Assembly: GCA_021296165.1 (NCBI GenBank)
Contig: JAGWAW010000003.1
Span: forward strand, 1 to 34,955
Direction: 5' to 3'
From: Nitrosopumilaceae archaeon
GTDB taxonomy: Archaea > Thermoproteota > Nitrososphaeria > Nitrososphaerales > Nitrosopumilaceae
DNA: 34,955 nucleotides
Part shown: positions 1 through 9,069 of the stretch, one piece after another
Numbering within the stretch: position 1 is the stretch's first letter
How the letters are laid out: each line of letters opens with the position of its first letter
Translations under genes and position numbers: made by a program
The notes under the pieces: model-generated
Seen by the model: only the letters and a program-made list of their open reading frames with translations
Told to the model about the DNA's origin: nothing
Databases searched by the model: none

Positions 1-633
1 GTACACCTGTCTGGATAGGCTTTTGGGGGTCAGATTTGAGGCATTTGGATCAATCACCCGTCTTTGCGGGAGGAACCATGTCACCATGAAATCAGTGGAC
101 AGCAAGATGGACTCGTCTCTGGAGAACGATGCAGAAATCCTCAAAGTCTTGGGAGGCATGCGGGGCGGCGGTCTGTTGCGCATTACCGGATAGGCCTGCG
201 ATGCCGTACGGGTTCCCGCAGGGGACTGGTGCCACCACATCGGCCGTTCAAGTCGTAAATGTAGGTGCACGAGTGCCACGACATGGCAGATGGGCCGGCG
301 CCCGATTTTGCGCTGGAACGTGAACATTGGCGCCGGATGCGGGATCGCAGGACATGCACAGGGTCTATCCAAGATGCGGGCGCATCACGCCCGCGCGGGT
401 CCGCCGCATGTGCTATCGTGGCTGGCAGCATGGCCTCCGTCCGAGCGGCCGCGCGCATTCGTCTGGGAATGTCCTATCTTCGCGAGCCGCGTTGGGCCAT
501 GCGCCGGGGGGCTGCAACGGGCCCGGACCGTGGCCACAGCCGGTCTTGGATATGCGCCTCGGATACACCTGTCTTGGCGTCCGTCCGTGCATGCCCATCG
601 CGCGGGGGTGTCCGTGGGGCAGTCCATGCCCTA

Positions 634-1296
634 TCATGTGCCGCGTATGATCTCGCCGACCTGCGGGGAGCACTCCTCCATGTCCTTGAACGAGTCTATG
701 GAATGCCACCGGGCGTTGGGGAACCTTGCGACCCCCAGCCCGCCGGCCGCTGCCCATTGGGGGAATAGCGTTCGCTCTATGTCGCCCCTCTCGGGGAGCC
801 TGTCCAGGACGTCCCGCTCCAGGCGGTATATCCCGGCGTTCATCCACATGCCGGGCAGCGGGGCCTTTTCGCCGAAGCCGGCCACCCTGTCGCCGTCCAG
901 CTCCAGCACCCCGTACTGCGTCCGCAGCGGCACCGAAGCTATGTGGTTGGGCGGTATGGCGCCCATGTCTATGTCGGTTATGATGTCGCCGTTCAGGACG
1001 TAGAACTCGCCCCGTATGAGGTCTGAGGCGTTCCGTATGGCTCCGGCCGTCCCCAGGGGCTCGTCCTCTGCTGACACGGCCACCCGGCCGTGTCCCATGC
1101 GCTCCAGGTAGTTTTCGATCATCTGGGTCTTGTACCCGGAGCACACCACCACGTCGCGTATGCTGAACCTGTCCAGATAGCGCAGCTGCCACTCCAGCAG
1201 GGGTACGTTGGCCAGCGGCGTCAGGGGCTTGGGGACGTAGTCTGTTATGGGCCTGAGCCTCTGGCCCCTGCCGCCGGCCAGTATCACCGCTTGCAT
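634..1296 (-). CDS. sugar-phosphate nucleotidyltransferase (NDP-sugar pyrophosphorylase family)
   Basis: 220-aa ORF. N-terminal MQAVILAGGRGQRLRPITDYVPKPL matches the GxGxRL/PKP signature of glucose/mannose-1-phosphate nucleotidyltransferases. TATA-like AGATTATATCC lies about 25-30 nt upstream on the minus strand. Confidence 0.85.
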   Translation of the reverse strand: MQAVILAGGRGQRLRPITDYVPKPLTPLANVPLLEWQLRYLDRFSIRDVVVCSGYKTQMIENYLERMGHGRVAVSAEDEPLGTAGAIRNASDLIRGEFYVLNGDIITDIDMGAIPPNHIASVPLRTQYGVLELDGDRVAGFGEKAPLPGMWMNAGIYRLERDVLDRLPERGDIERTLFPQWAAAGGLGVARFPNARWHSIDSFKDMEECSPQVGEIIRGT

Positions 1297-1381
1297 GGGG
1301 GTGGTAAGGCGGCGGGCGGATATAATCTGATATGGTGCCGGGCCGGCAAAGGGATTTTAGCTGCCGCCGGGGGTCCTCCCC

Positions 1382-2020
1382 GTGGTGCGGATGTATGTTA
1401 TGGCGGCGGTTGCGGCGGCCGGCGTGGCGGCGCTGGCCGCCGTATATGCCACGGGGACCGCGCCGGACCCGGCGGGCACCGCCGCGCTGGAGGCGGGGGG
1501 CTCGCCGCCGCTGGGGGACGCGGGCGCCCCGCTCACCATGATAGAGTGGGGCGACTACCAGTGCACCTTCTGCTATAGGTTCCACCAGAACACGCTGGAC
1601 TCTCTCATGGAATACGTGGATTCGGGGGAGTTGCGCATCATATTCCAGGACTTTCCGCTCAACGGACACGACTCGGTGCTGGCCGCCCAGGCCGCCCGGT
1701 GCGCCGCCGACCAGGGCCTCTTCTGGGAGTACCACGATACGCTATACCAGAACTGGGGCGGCGAGCGGACCGGCTGGATACGCCCACCGGTCCTGTACGG
1801 CTTTGCACTGAACGTGGGCCTTGACATGCGCATGTACGGCGACTGCGTGGGGGAGGGGCGCCACCTGGGGAATATCCGCGAGTCGTACAGATTGTTCCAG
1901 GAGGCGGGCATCGACGCCACCCCGTCATTTGTCATACACGACGGCGAGCGGTCCGTCAAGATAGTGGGTAACCAGCCCGCCGAGACGTTCGTCCGGACCA
2001 TAGAGCAGATGCTCCGGTAG
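1382..2020 (+). CDS. DsbA-like thiol:disulfide oxidoreductase, membrane anchored
   Basis: 212-aa ORF with a hydrophobic N-terminal segment. Thioredoxin-fold CxxC (WGDYQCTFCYRF) and DsbA-like C-terminal ATPSFVI motif. GTG 1382 lies about 26 nt after GATTTTAG; ATG 1391 is an alternative start. Confidence 0.8.
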   Translation: MVRMYVMAAVAAAGVAALAAVYATGTAPDPAGTAALEAGGSPPLGDAGAPLTMIEWGDYQCTFCYRFHQNTLDSLMEYVDSGELRIIFQDFPLNGHDSVLAAQAARCAADQGLFWEYHDTLYQNWGGERTGWIRPPVLYGFALNVGLDMRMYGDCVGEGRHLGNIRESYRLFQEAGIDATPSFVIHDGERSVKIVGNQPAETFVRTIEQMLR

Positions 2021-2040
2021 CATGTGTGGCTCCCTACAAC

Positions 2041-2049
2041 CTATATTGA
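2041..2049 (+). promoter_or_regulatory. TATA-like box for aRF1 (leaderless spacing)
   Basis: CTATATTGA is centred about 26 nt upstream of ATG 2071. Confidence 0.45.
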
Positions 2050-2070
2050 ACGCGGCCGCTCCCGCCGCCC

Positions 2071-3336
2071 ATGCCACAGAAGCACGACTCAGTCAGGCTG
2101 TACCGCCTGCGCAAGATGCTAAAGCACCTCTCCGACAAGTCCGGACGGGGAACGGAGCTCATATCGGTGTACATACCCAAGGGCAAGCAGATGCACGAGA
2201 TCATAAACATGCTCCGCAACGAGCAGGGCACCGCCTCCAACATAAAGTCGGACCTGACCCGAAACCACGTGGTGGACTCGCTGGGCAAGGTCATACAGCG
2301 CCTGAAGCTGTACAAGAAGACGCCCGAGCGCGGACTGGTGGTCTTCTGCGGCGCCCTGCCGCCGGAGGAGGGCGGCCCGCTGGGCAGCGAGGAGCTGAGC
2401 ATATTCGTGATAGACCCAATCAAGGACCTGAAGCAGTACCTGTACCGGTGCGACGACCACTTCCATGTGGAGATACTCCGGGACATGCTCAAGGACGACA
2501 CCGCCATAGGGTTCCTGGCCATAGACGCCAAGGATGCGGGCTGGGGGCTGCTGCGGGGGGACAGCATCGAGGAGCTGGACCACACCGGCTCGGGGGTGGC
2601 CGGCAAGCACCGGCAGGGGGGCCAGTCGGCCAAGCGGTTCCAGAAGCTCCGGGAGATGGAGCTGACATACTACTTCAACCGGGTGGCCGCCATGACCCGG
2701 GAGTACTTTATAGACATACACCGGGTGAAGGGGCTCATAGTGTCGGGGCCCGGGCCCACCAAGGAGGAGTTCATCAACGGAAGCTACCTGGAGTACAGGC
2801 TGCAGAACATGATACTGGCCACCATAGACTCCTCGTACTCGGGGCGCGAGGGGGTGCGGGAAGCCTTTGAAAAGTCCGGCGACATACTATCCGACTTTAG
2901 GCTGATGGAGGAGAAGAAGCTCGTAGACCGCCTCTTCCGGGAGATAAGCACCGGCTCGGGCCTGGCCTCGTACGGGCTGCGGGAGGTGCTCTCCCATATC
3001 CAGAACAACGCGGCGCAGACCGTGCTGGTGACCGACGACACGGCCATGCACCGGGTGACCGGGGTGTGCCGGAGGTGCGGCAGCGAGCAGAGCCGGCTGG
3101 TGGAGCGGCCGGAGGTCATCCCCCTCAAGAACCAGTATGCCACCGAGCCGTGCCCCGACTGCCGCTCCCTGGAGGTGGAGAGCGCCGAGCAGGATTTGGT
3201 GGACTATCTGGCCCTGATATGCTCAAAGGTGGGGACCGCCCTGGAGGTGGTATCTGGCAAGGCAGAGCACGGCGCCAAGCTGACCAACCTGGGCAAGGTG
3301 GCGGCCATCCTGCGGTACAACCCGGCGCACTCCTGA
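2071..3336 (+). CDS. prf1: peptide chain release factor aRF1
   Basis: 421-aa ORF with the NIKS motif (TASNIKS) and GGQ motif (HRQGGQSAKRF). The C-terminal domain contains a zinc-ribbon insert (CRRCG...CPDC). Confidence 0.95.
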   Translation: MPQKHDSVRLYRLRKMLKHLSDKSGRGTELISVYIPKGKQMHEIINMLRNEQGTASNIKSDLTRNHVVDSLGKVIQRLKLYKKTPERGLVVFCGALPPEEGGPLGSEELSIFVIDPIKDLKQYLYRCDDHFHVEILRDMLKDDTAIGFLAIDAKDAGWGLLRGDSIEELDHTGSGVAGKHRQGGQSAKRFQKLREMELTYYFNRVAAMTREYFIDIHRVKGLIVSGPGPTKEEFINGSYLEYRLQNMILATIDSSYSGREGVREAFEKSGDILSDFRLMEEKKLVDRLFREISTGSGLASYGLREVLSHIQNNAAQTVLVTDDTAMHRVTGVCRRCGSEQSRLVERPEVIPLKNQYATEPCPDCRSLEVESAEQDLVDYLALICSKVGTALEVVSGKAEHGAKLTNLGKVAAILRYNPAHS

Positions 3337-3346
3337 ATGACAAGAC

Positions 3347-3356
3347 TAGAATAAAC
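3347..3356 (+). promoter_or_regulatory. TATA-like box for the LLM oxidoreductase gene
   Basis: TAGAATAAAC is centred about 27 nt upstream of in-frame GTG 3378. Confidence 0.4.
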
Positions 3357-3377
3357 GCGCCCCGCACACGGGGGGCA

Positions 3378-4325
3378 GTGACATCGTACGGCCTGGGGTC
3401 CCTGCTGGGTGTGGACGAGTTGATGCGGTGCGCCTCGCAGGTGGGTCCGGACGACTCCGTATGGATACCGGAGACCTGGGGGATGGAGTGTATGGGGATG
3501 ATCTCGGCAGTCGCCCAGAAGAGTCCCTGCCGCCGCATAGGCTCCTCCATACTGAACGTGTACTCCCGGAGCCCGGCCGCCCTGGCCATGGGGGCGGCCA
3601 CACTGGACGCGCTCTCGGGCGGGCGGTTCGTGCTGGGCCTGGGGGCCAGCAGCCCGGCCATAGTCAGGGGACTGCACGGGATGGAATACGAGAGGCCCGT
3701 GCGGCGCGTCCGCGAGTGCGTTGAGATTGTGCGGATGGCGCTGGAGGGGAGGCGCATCGACTATGCCGGGGAGGTGTACGATCTCCGGGGGTTCTCCCTG
3801 CTGGTGAAACCGCCCCGGGGAAGTGTCCCGGTGTATCTGGCGGCGGTAAACCCCAGGATGATGCGGCTGGCCTGGGAGGTGGCCGACGGCGTCATACTGT
3901 ATTTGAGGCCGCCCGGGGAGATCCGTGATACGCTGCGTACCATGGGGGGCCGCCGCATCGGCGTGGCCTGCCAGATAATCACGGCCGTCTCCCGCGACGC
4001 GCCGGCCGCGTACGAGCGGGCACGCCGCACACTGGCATTCTATGTGTCGGTGGGTGCCATATACAGGGAGTTTCTGGCGGCGCACGGCTACGCCGAGCAG
4101 ACCCGCTCCATACACTCCGAGTACCGGAGGGGTGGCCTGGGGGCCGCCCGCCGGGCCGTGCCCGACACGATGCTCCACTCCCTGACCGCCTGCGGCACCC
4201 CCAGGGAGTGCGCCGCCACAATAGAGGAGTTTTCGGCGGCGGGCGTCGACGAACCCATACTGCAGTTCAACCCGGTGGGCGACGTCTCCGAGTCGTTCGA
4301 GCTACTCAGGAGGGTGTCGGGCTGA
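3378..4325 (+). CDS. luciferase-like monooxygenase family / F420-dependent oxidoreductase
   Basis: LLM-family layout: N-terminal (V)TSYGLGS...DSVWIPETW, then GGRFVLGLGAS, then C-terminal GTPRECAATIEEFSAAGVDEPILQF. The track ORF starts at 3066, inside aRF1. It is trimmed to GTG 3378 on homology and TATA spacing; ATG 3423 is an alternative. Confidence 0.8.
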   Translation: MTSYGLGSLLGVDELMRCASQVGPDDSVWIPETWGMECMGMISAVAQKSPCRRIGSSILNVYSRSPAALAMGAATLDALSGGRFVLGLGASSPAIVRGLHGMEYERPVRRVRECVEIVRMALEGRRIDYAGEVYDLRGFSLLVKPPRGSVPVYLAAVNPRMMRLAWEVADGVILYLRPPGEIRDTLRTMGGRRIGVACQIITAVSRDAPAAYERARRTLAFYVSVGAIYREFLAAHGYAEQTRSIHSEYRRGGLGAARRAVPDTMLHSLTACGTPRECAATIEEFSAAGVDEPILQFNPVGDVSESFELLRRVSG

Positions 4326-4336
4326 GCGGGGTGGGC

Positions 4337-5422
4337 ATGGCGGCGGCGGCGCAGACCGCCTTTGCCGACGGGGAGCGGCCCATATCCGAGCTGCTGCTGG
4401 AGCCGTCCGCGGACATACTGCAACATGCGGGCGACACTCCGATAGACTGCGTGCTGGTCTCCACCAATGACACCGCCAGATACCTGGCCGCCGTCCTCTC
4501 GGAGCTCTGCGGGGTCACGCCCCGCATATCCGGTACGATGGAGAGCATGTGCAGCTCGGGCGGGGCGGCCCTGATAACGGCGTACTCCTACGTGCGGTCC
4601 GGCCTGGCCAGGACGGTTCTGGTGGCCGGGGCGGAGAACCCCGGCAGCCCCGGCTCGGTGCTGGACTGGGACGTGTCCCGGGGGCAGTTTCAGAGCCCCA
4701 TATACTGGGGGTCTATACTGACAAAGTCGTACATGCGCCGGTACGGCGTGTCCCGGGAGGATCTGGCGGCCGTCGCAGCAAAGAACCGCTCCCAGGCGCA
4801 GGACAACCCACATTCGCTGCACGGCTCGCCCTGCACCATATCGGACGTGCTGGCCTCGCCGCAAGTTACGGAGGATTTGAACCTGCTGGACTGCTCCCAG
4901 TTGTGCTCGGGCTCGGCGGCGGTACTGGTGGCCGACGATGCAACCTGCCGCCGCATCACCGACACGCCGGTGTGGATCCGCGGACTCTCGCAGTATACGG
5001 CCTCGGCGGGGTTCGGAGCCGGCGGCTCGTACCACCAGATAGTATCGGCCGGGGAGGCGGCCAGGGCCGCGTACGCGATGGCGGGAATATCCGCCGGCAT
5101 GATAGACGTGGCCGAGGTGCACGACGCCTTCTCGGTATGCGAGCCGATGGCGCTGGAGTCGCTGGGGATGGCCCAGCCTGGCCGGGGGGCGGGGCTCTCC
5201 GGCGAGCTGTACGGCACCGGCAGCCGCCGCGTGAACCCCCGGGGCGGGATACTGGGGGCGGGCCACCCGCTGGGCGCCACCGGGCTGGCCCAGGCCGCCG
5301 AGGTCTTTGCGCAGCTCCGGGGCGAGGCCGGAAGGCGGCAGGTGGAGAACGCCCGCACCGGCGTCATACAGGGCATGTCGGCGGCCGGGACCGGCTCGGT
5401 GGTGGTGGTGATGGAGTCATGA
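4337..5422 (+). CDS. thiolase (acetyl-CoA C-acetyltransferase, archaeal SCP-x-like type)
   Basis: Contains a nucleophile Cys context (ESMCSSGGAAL), the DCSQLCSGSAAVLV motif and C-terminal GHPLGATG. Thiolase-like sequence (GVGLSGVG) continues upstream of the first canonical start (GTG 4331 / ATG 4337), so the 5' end is uncertain. Confidence 0.85.
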   Translation: MAAAAQTAFADGERPISELLLEPSADILQHAGDTPIDCVLVSTNDTARYLAAVLSELCGVTPRISGTMESMCSSGGAALITAYSYVRSGLARTVLVAGAENPGSPGSVLDWDVSRGQFQSPIYWGSILTKSYMRRYGVSREDLAAVAAKNRSQAQDNPHSLHGSPCTISDVLASPQVTEDLNLLDCSQLCSGSAAVLVADDATCRRITDTPVWIRGLSQYTASAGFGAGGSYHQIVSAGEAARAAYAMAGISAGMIDVAEVHDAFSVCEPMALESLGMAQPGRGAGLSGELYGTGSRRVNPRGGILGAGHPLGATGLAQAAEVFAQLRGEAGRRQVENARTGVIQGMSAAGTGSVVVVMES

Positions 5423-5736
5423 GCATAGAGCCGTACCTGCGGCGGGGGGTCTTTGCCGTGCCATACTGTGACGGGTGCGGGCGGTGGGTGTGGCCGCCAT
5501 CGGCGCGGTGCGGCGTATGCCGCGGCGCGACGCGGGCGCGGCCCTACTCGGAGCGCGGCTCCATACTGGAGTGCTCGTCCCGGGAGGGCGTGGTCTTCTG
5601 CATGTGCGAGTTTCCCGGCGGCGTGCGGGTGATGGGAAGGCTGGCGGCAGGACCCCGCCGGGCCGGCTCCACCGTCGTGCTGTCGGGCTGCGGCATGGAC
5701 GGGGACGCGCCATTCTTTGAGGTCACGTCCGTGTAG
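5419..5736 (+). CDS. DUF35 zinc-ribbon/OB-fold protein (thiolase-associated)
   Basis: 105 aa. Zinc ribbon CDGCG...CGVC followed by an OB-like segment. There is an ATGA start/stop overlap with the thiolase gene, the usual archaeal thiolase-DUF35 arrangement. Confidence 0.8.
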   Translation: MSIEPYLRRGVFAVPYCDGCGRWVWPPSARCGVCRGATRARPYSERGSILECSSREGVVFCMCEFPGGVRVMGRLAAGPRRAGSTVVLSGCGMDGDAPFFEVTSV

Positions 5737-6530
5737 CGGGTCGCGGCGCAGATGTAGGGGGTCTCTCGGCTCTGATCAAATGTCCAGACCGTCGGCAGGC
5801 TTATGATCCATCTGGTGAGCAGCCCGAACCTTTGGATCAGCGGCCCCCAGCCGTACCTGTCCGGTGGTGTTCCGTGCCCGGGCCGGGGATGGCTGCCGGC
5901 CAGCACGAACCGCACCCCATCGGTGCGGGGCACCCCCCGCACCACGGCGGCGGCCAGCAGATCCCCCATCTGGGGGAGCCCCCCGGTGAAGACGGCCGGG
6001 GCATCAAACCCCAGCGACGCATAATCGAATGTTGTGGCATCGGCGCACCGCACGTCCAGGGTCATCCCCGCATGTTTTGCTATGTCGGTTTGCAGCGACG
6101 CCAGAGACTCGTCTATCTCTATGGAGCAGGCGTCCATCCCCAGCATCCTGCCGCAGAGGGCTATGCGCCCATCGCCGGATCCGACATCTATTATCTGGGT
6201 GCAGCCGGATCTCCTGGCGGCCAGCGCCAGCATGTATGCGGAGAGGAGCCATGTGGGATAGAAGGGCTGGGCGCTGCCCGGGTTCTTCATGCTGTCTATC
6301 CAGTAGTGGCTTATGTCGCCCTCGTATATGGTGCACCGCACACCAGAAAGGGTGGCGTCGTACCTGTTGTGGTAGATGGGATTGGCCCGGGCCAGGCGGT
6401 GTATGCCGGCCGTCTCCATGCCGTGGTATGCGCCGCACGGCACCGCCTCCTGTATGTGGGATCTGCCCCTGTACACCTTGAAAAAGTCCCGCTTGATCAT
6501 GCAAAAGTCCCGGGCCGCCTCCGAAAGCAC
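5544..6530 (-). CDS. class I SAM-dependent methyltransferase
   Basis: Motif I IIDVGSGDGRIALCG is followed by an acidic residue (SIEID). The start is placed at GTG 6530, about 27 nt downstream of CCTTTTATCG; ATG 6500 and ATG 6629 are alternatives. The 3' end runs 193 nt antisense into the DUF35 gene before the first stop. Confidence 0.6.
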   Translation of the reverse strand: MLSEAARDFCMIKRDFFKVYRGRSHIQEAVPCGAYHGMETAGIHRLARANPIYHNRYDATLSGVRCTIYEGDISHYWIDSMKNPGSAQPFYPTWLLSAYMLALAARRSGCTQIIDVGSGDGRIALCGRMLGMDACSIEIDESLASLQTDIAKHAGMTLDVRCADATTFDYASLGFDAPAVFTGGLPQMGDLLAAAVVRGVPRTDGVRFVLAGSHPRPGHGTPPDRYGWGPLIQRFGLLTRWIISLPTVWTFDQSRETPYICAATRYTDVTSKNGASPSMPQPDSTTVEPARRGPAASLPITRTPPGNSHMQKTTPSRDEHSSMEPRSE

Positions 6531-6631
6531 GGAACTGTATCCCCCGCCCCCGCGATAAAAGGTGATCTGGTATGGGGCCGTCCCCGGCCCCGGAGTGCAC
6601 TGGACCGGTGCCGGGCGCACTGCCAACATAC

Positions 6632-6640
6632 ATTTTTTAA
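6632..6640 (+). promoter_or_regulatory. TATA box for ahbA/B-like gene
   Basis: ATTTTTTAA is centred about 29 nt upstream of TTG 6665. Confidence 0.5.
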
Positions 6641-6664
6641 CCGAACGGCGGGCGGTGTGCTCAG

Positions 6665-7666
6665 TTGGCCGGGCTGGATACATTCGACAAGGACCTTCTC
6701 AACGAGATACAGTGGAGCTTTCCGCTGTCCTCGCGTCCCTATCACGAGCTGGCCGGACGCTTGGGTGCGGACGTCGGCGAGGTGATGGAGAGGGTAAGGC
6801 GGCTGAAGGCAGCCGGCATAATACGCCAGCTCAGCGCCATATTCGACACCAGGAGGCTCGGCTACAAGAGCTCACTGGTGGCGATGAGTGTCGCACCCGA
6901 CCGGCTGGTGCAGGTTGCCGCCAGCATCAGCGAGCACCCCGGCGTCAGCCACAACTACGAGCGAAACCACGACTTTAACCTGTGGTTTACCATCGCCGTC
7001 CCGCCGCACTCCAGCATACAAGATGAGGTGAACCGCTTCTCGAGGCTGGAGGGGGTGAGTGCCACGCGAATGCTTCCCACGCTGAGAATGTTCAAGATCG
7101 GCGTGAAACTGGACATGAACGAGTCCAAGAAGCGGGAGGTGAAGCCGTCCGAGGACAAGAAAAAGATCCGGGACGAGCCGTTTGCAAACACCGAGCGCGA
7201 CCGGAGCTTCGTCCGGGAGCTGCAAAAAGACCTGCCGGTGGTCGAGAGGCCGTTCGCCCAGATGGCCCAAAACCTGGGGGTTGCAGAGGAGGACCTGTTC
7301 AGACAGGCCAGAGAATACGAGGCGACAGGAGTGATGCGCCGGTACGCGGCCATTCTCCGGCACCGGGACGCCGGGTTCCTGGCCAACGGCATGATAGTGT
7401 GGAAGGTCCCCGACGACATGATACCGTCCATCGGGGAGATGCTGGGGGCATTCCCGCAGGTCAGCCACTGCTACCAGCGCCCGGCATACCCGGACTGGCC
7501 GTATACCGTCTTTTCCATGATACACTGCCGCACCCGCGAGGAGGCCGCCGAGACGGCCAGGACGATACAGTCGCAGATCGGGATAAGCGAGTACCGCATA
7601 CTCTTCAGCGAGCGCGAGTTCAAAAAGAGCCGCGTCGAGTATTTCATGGAGCCGGCGGCCGCCTGA
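6665..7666 (+). CDS. ahbAB: siroheme decarboxylase, fused AhbA/AhbB (NirDL/GH-like, two Lrp/AsnC-type modules)
   Basis: 333 aa with two tandem homologous halves: LDTFDKDLLNEIQ...HPGVSHNYERNH...FNLWFT and RSFVRELQKDLP...FPQVSHCYQRP...YTVFSM. TTG start. Confidence 0.85.
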   Translation: MAGLDTFDKDLLNEIQWSFPLSSRPYHELAGRLGADVGEVMERVRRLKAAGIIRQLSAIFDTRRLGYKSSLVAMSVAPDRLVQVAASISEHPGVSHNYERNHDFNLWFTIAVPPHSSIQDEVNRFSRLEGVSATRMLPTLRMFKIGVKLDMNESKKREVKPSEDKKKIRDEPFANTERDRSFVRELQKDLPVVERPFAQMAQNLGVAEEDLFRQAREYEATGVMRRYAAILRHRDAGFLANGMIVWKVPDDMIPSIGEMLGAFPQVSHCYQRPAYPDWPYTVFSMIHCRTREEAAETARTIQSQIGISEYRILFSEREFKKSRVEYFMEPAAA

Positions 7667-7722
7667 CAGTATTGCGCTGCCGGATGTCCACCGCACCGTC
7701 TCCGGATAGTATTCGCTGCGCA

Positions 7723-7745
7723 TTTTTTGGGCGAGGTCTTTTGGC
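7723..7745 (+). terminator. oligo-T tract downstream of ahbAB
   Basis: TTTTTTGGGCGAGGTCTTTTGGC lies about 57 nt after the stop codon. Archaeal termination typically uses T-runs. Confidence 0.35.
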
Positions 7746-8040
7746 TTTGCGGTATTGGGGGGATGGCGCAAAGTTCCGTGTCGGGAGCATCTTGGTGTGC
7801 GCCATTATGCGCCGCCGTGCCGTGCTCCCGGAAATGGGATAATTTGACCGCGCCGGATTGGCCCGGCGCCGCCGCAGAACCCGCCCGACCATAACGTCTA
7901 AAATTCCGCAGGAATAAGATGCTACGCGCGGAGGCGACAGCCGGATGTGACAGATTTGCACGGGCGTGTGTCAGGGGAACCGATGCTTCGGAATTTTCAG
8001 ATGGCCGCAGCAGACGGGAGGCGCATACGCGCATATGGCA

Positions 8041-8550
8041 CTATTTCTTGGCATCTTCCAGCTCTATTGCCATCATGAACGCGTCCTCGCCGTCCCTGTA
8101 GTACGACTTTAGCTGCTGCTTTATGACGAACCCCAGGTTCTCGTACAGCCGGATGGCCCCATTGTTGCTGCACCGCACCTCCAGGTACATCTCCACGCAC
8201 TTTCTTGTTCTTGTGCCCTTGACGGCCTCGTCCACCAGGACCTTGCCTATCCCCCTCTTGCGGTGCTCGGGCAGCACGGCCACCGATACCAGGTGGCCCT
8301 TCTTGACAAATCCCAGCCGTCGAAACGATGAAAAACCGTACTCGGTCTTACACATTATATAGCCAGCATGAACGTCTCCCACCAGCGCCACCAAAAACGC
8401 CTCTGGCAACTCGGCCATCAGGCTCTCGTAAAAGTAGTCCGAGTAGTGCTCCGGGAGCGTCTTGAGGTTTATCTCCATGACGGGGATCAGATCCCCGTGC
8501 GCGGCGCGGCGGTATACGCAGCCGTTCTCCTCCCGCAGTATGGCCTGCAC
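8041..8550 (-). CDS. GNAT N-acetyltransferase (RimI/Ard1-like protein N-terminal acetyltransferase)
   Basis: 169 aa. Acetyl-CoA binding motif VAVLPEHRKRGIGKVLV and the downstream motif NNGAIRLYENLGF. GTG start. Confidence 0.85.
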   Translation of the reverse strand: MQAILREENGCVYRRAAHGDLIPVMEINLKTLPEHYSDYFYESLMAELPEAFLVALVGDVHAGYIMCKTEYGFSSFRRLGFVKKGHLVSVAVLPEHRKRGIGKVLVDEAVKGTRTRKCVEMYLEVRCSNNGAIRLYENLGFVIKQQLKSYYRDGEDAFMMAIELEDAKK

Positions 8551-8576
8551 GTTTTCGGCAGATCCGCGTGATTTAT

Positions 8577-8960
8577 TTAATCATGCCATAGGGCGGCCCG
8601 GCCCGGGCCGTACTCCACGTGGCCGCTGTTCTTAATCAGGCTGGCCGAGCGCACGAACACGTCGCATCCTTCATCGGCGCACGCGTCGCCGGCGGGCAGC
8701 ATGCCCATGCCTCCCCGGGCCGTCACCATGTGGTGTAGCAGCGGCAGCAGGGCGGCCCGCCCCCCGTGGGCCTCCCTCTCGCCCAACACCCAGAACATCT
8801 CGGTTGCCTCCGGGTACAGTACGCTGGCGCGCAGGCGTCTCCCCTCTTCGGTGTAGTGGCCCACTATGGTCAGCCGTCCTCTTGCCAAGCGGTTCACCGC
8901 TCGGGCAAACCCCAGGCACAGGCGGCACCTGTCGTCGTACAGCATCACCGGGGGCTTCAT
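8577..8960 (-). CDS. DCC-family thiol-disulfide oxidoreductase (DUF393)
   Basis: N-terminal VMLYDDRCRLCLGFARAV matches the DCC motif. The track ORF (to 9071) is trimmed to ATG 8960, which sits 21-30 nt downstream of a TATA box. Confidence 0.7.
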   Translation of the reverse strand: MKPPVMLYDDRCRLCLGFARAVNRLARGRLTIVGHYTEEGRRLRASVLYPEATEMFWVLGEREAHGGRAALLPLLHHMVTARGGMGMLPAGDACADEGCDVFVRSASLIKNSGHVEYGPGRAALWHD

Positions 8961-8980
8961 ACAGTATGGTACCCTCCGGG

Positions 8981-8990
8981 GAATAAAAAA
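8981..8990 (-). promoter_or_regulatory. TATA box for DCC-family gene
   Basis: The minus strand reads TTTTTTATTC, 21-30 nt upstream of ATG 8960. Confidence 0.45.
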
Positions 8991-9069
8991 CCTGCCCGCC
9001 CCGCCGGGCGCCGCTACGCGCCCCAGACAAATCCAAGTACACAAATTGGGCGGCGCGCGGTGATCAAAC

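Noticed and set aside
86-193. A 35-codon plus-strand ORF (MKSVDSKMDSSLENDAEILKVLGG...), an opposing minus-strand ORF open to the window edge (ATG 159 to 1), and the remainder of 1-633.
   Set aside because: There is no domain or promoter evidence to prefer either strand, and the other frames are compositional artefacts. The first 633 nt are left unannotated; they may be non-coding or hold a decayed gene.
413-1735. Very long ORFs antisense to or overlapping real genes. Examples: 413-1735(-), 3204-4178(-), 4088-5266(-), 9064-10437(-), 13673-14659(+), 15574-16530(+), 29830-30618(-), 31012-32763(-).
   Set aside because: Their composition is Arg/Gly/Pro/His-rich, they have no recognisable domains, and each lies opposite a gene with strong homology. 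These are typical stop-codon-poor alternative frames of GC-rich DNA.
7667-8040. A possible small gene or ncRNA between the convergent ahbAB and GNAT genes, including a short AGTATT(G)CGCTGC direct repeat at 7670-7720.
   Set aside because: Only artefact-like ORFs are present. The repeat is short and imperfect. Nothing beyond a T-rich terminator candidate is supported.
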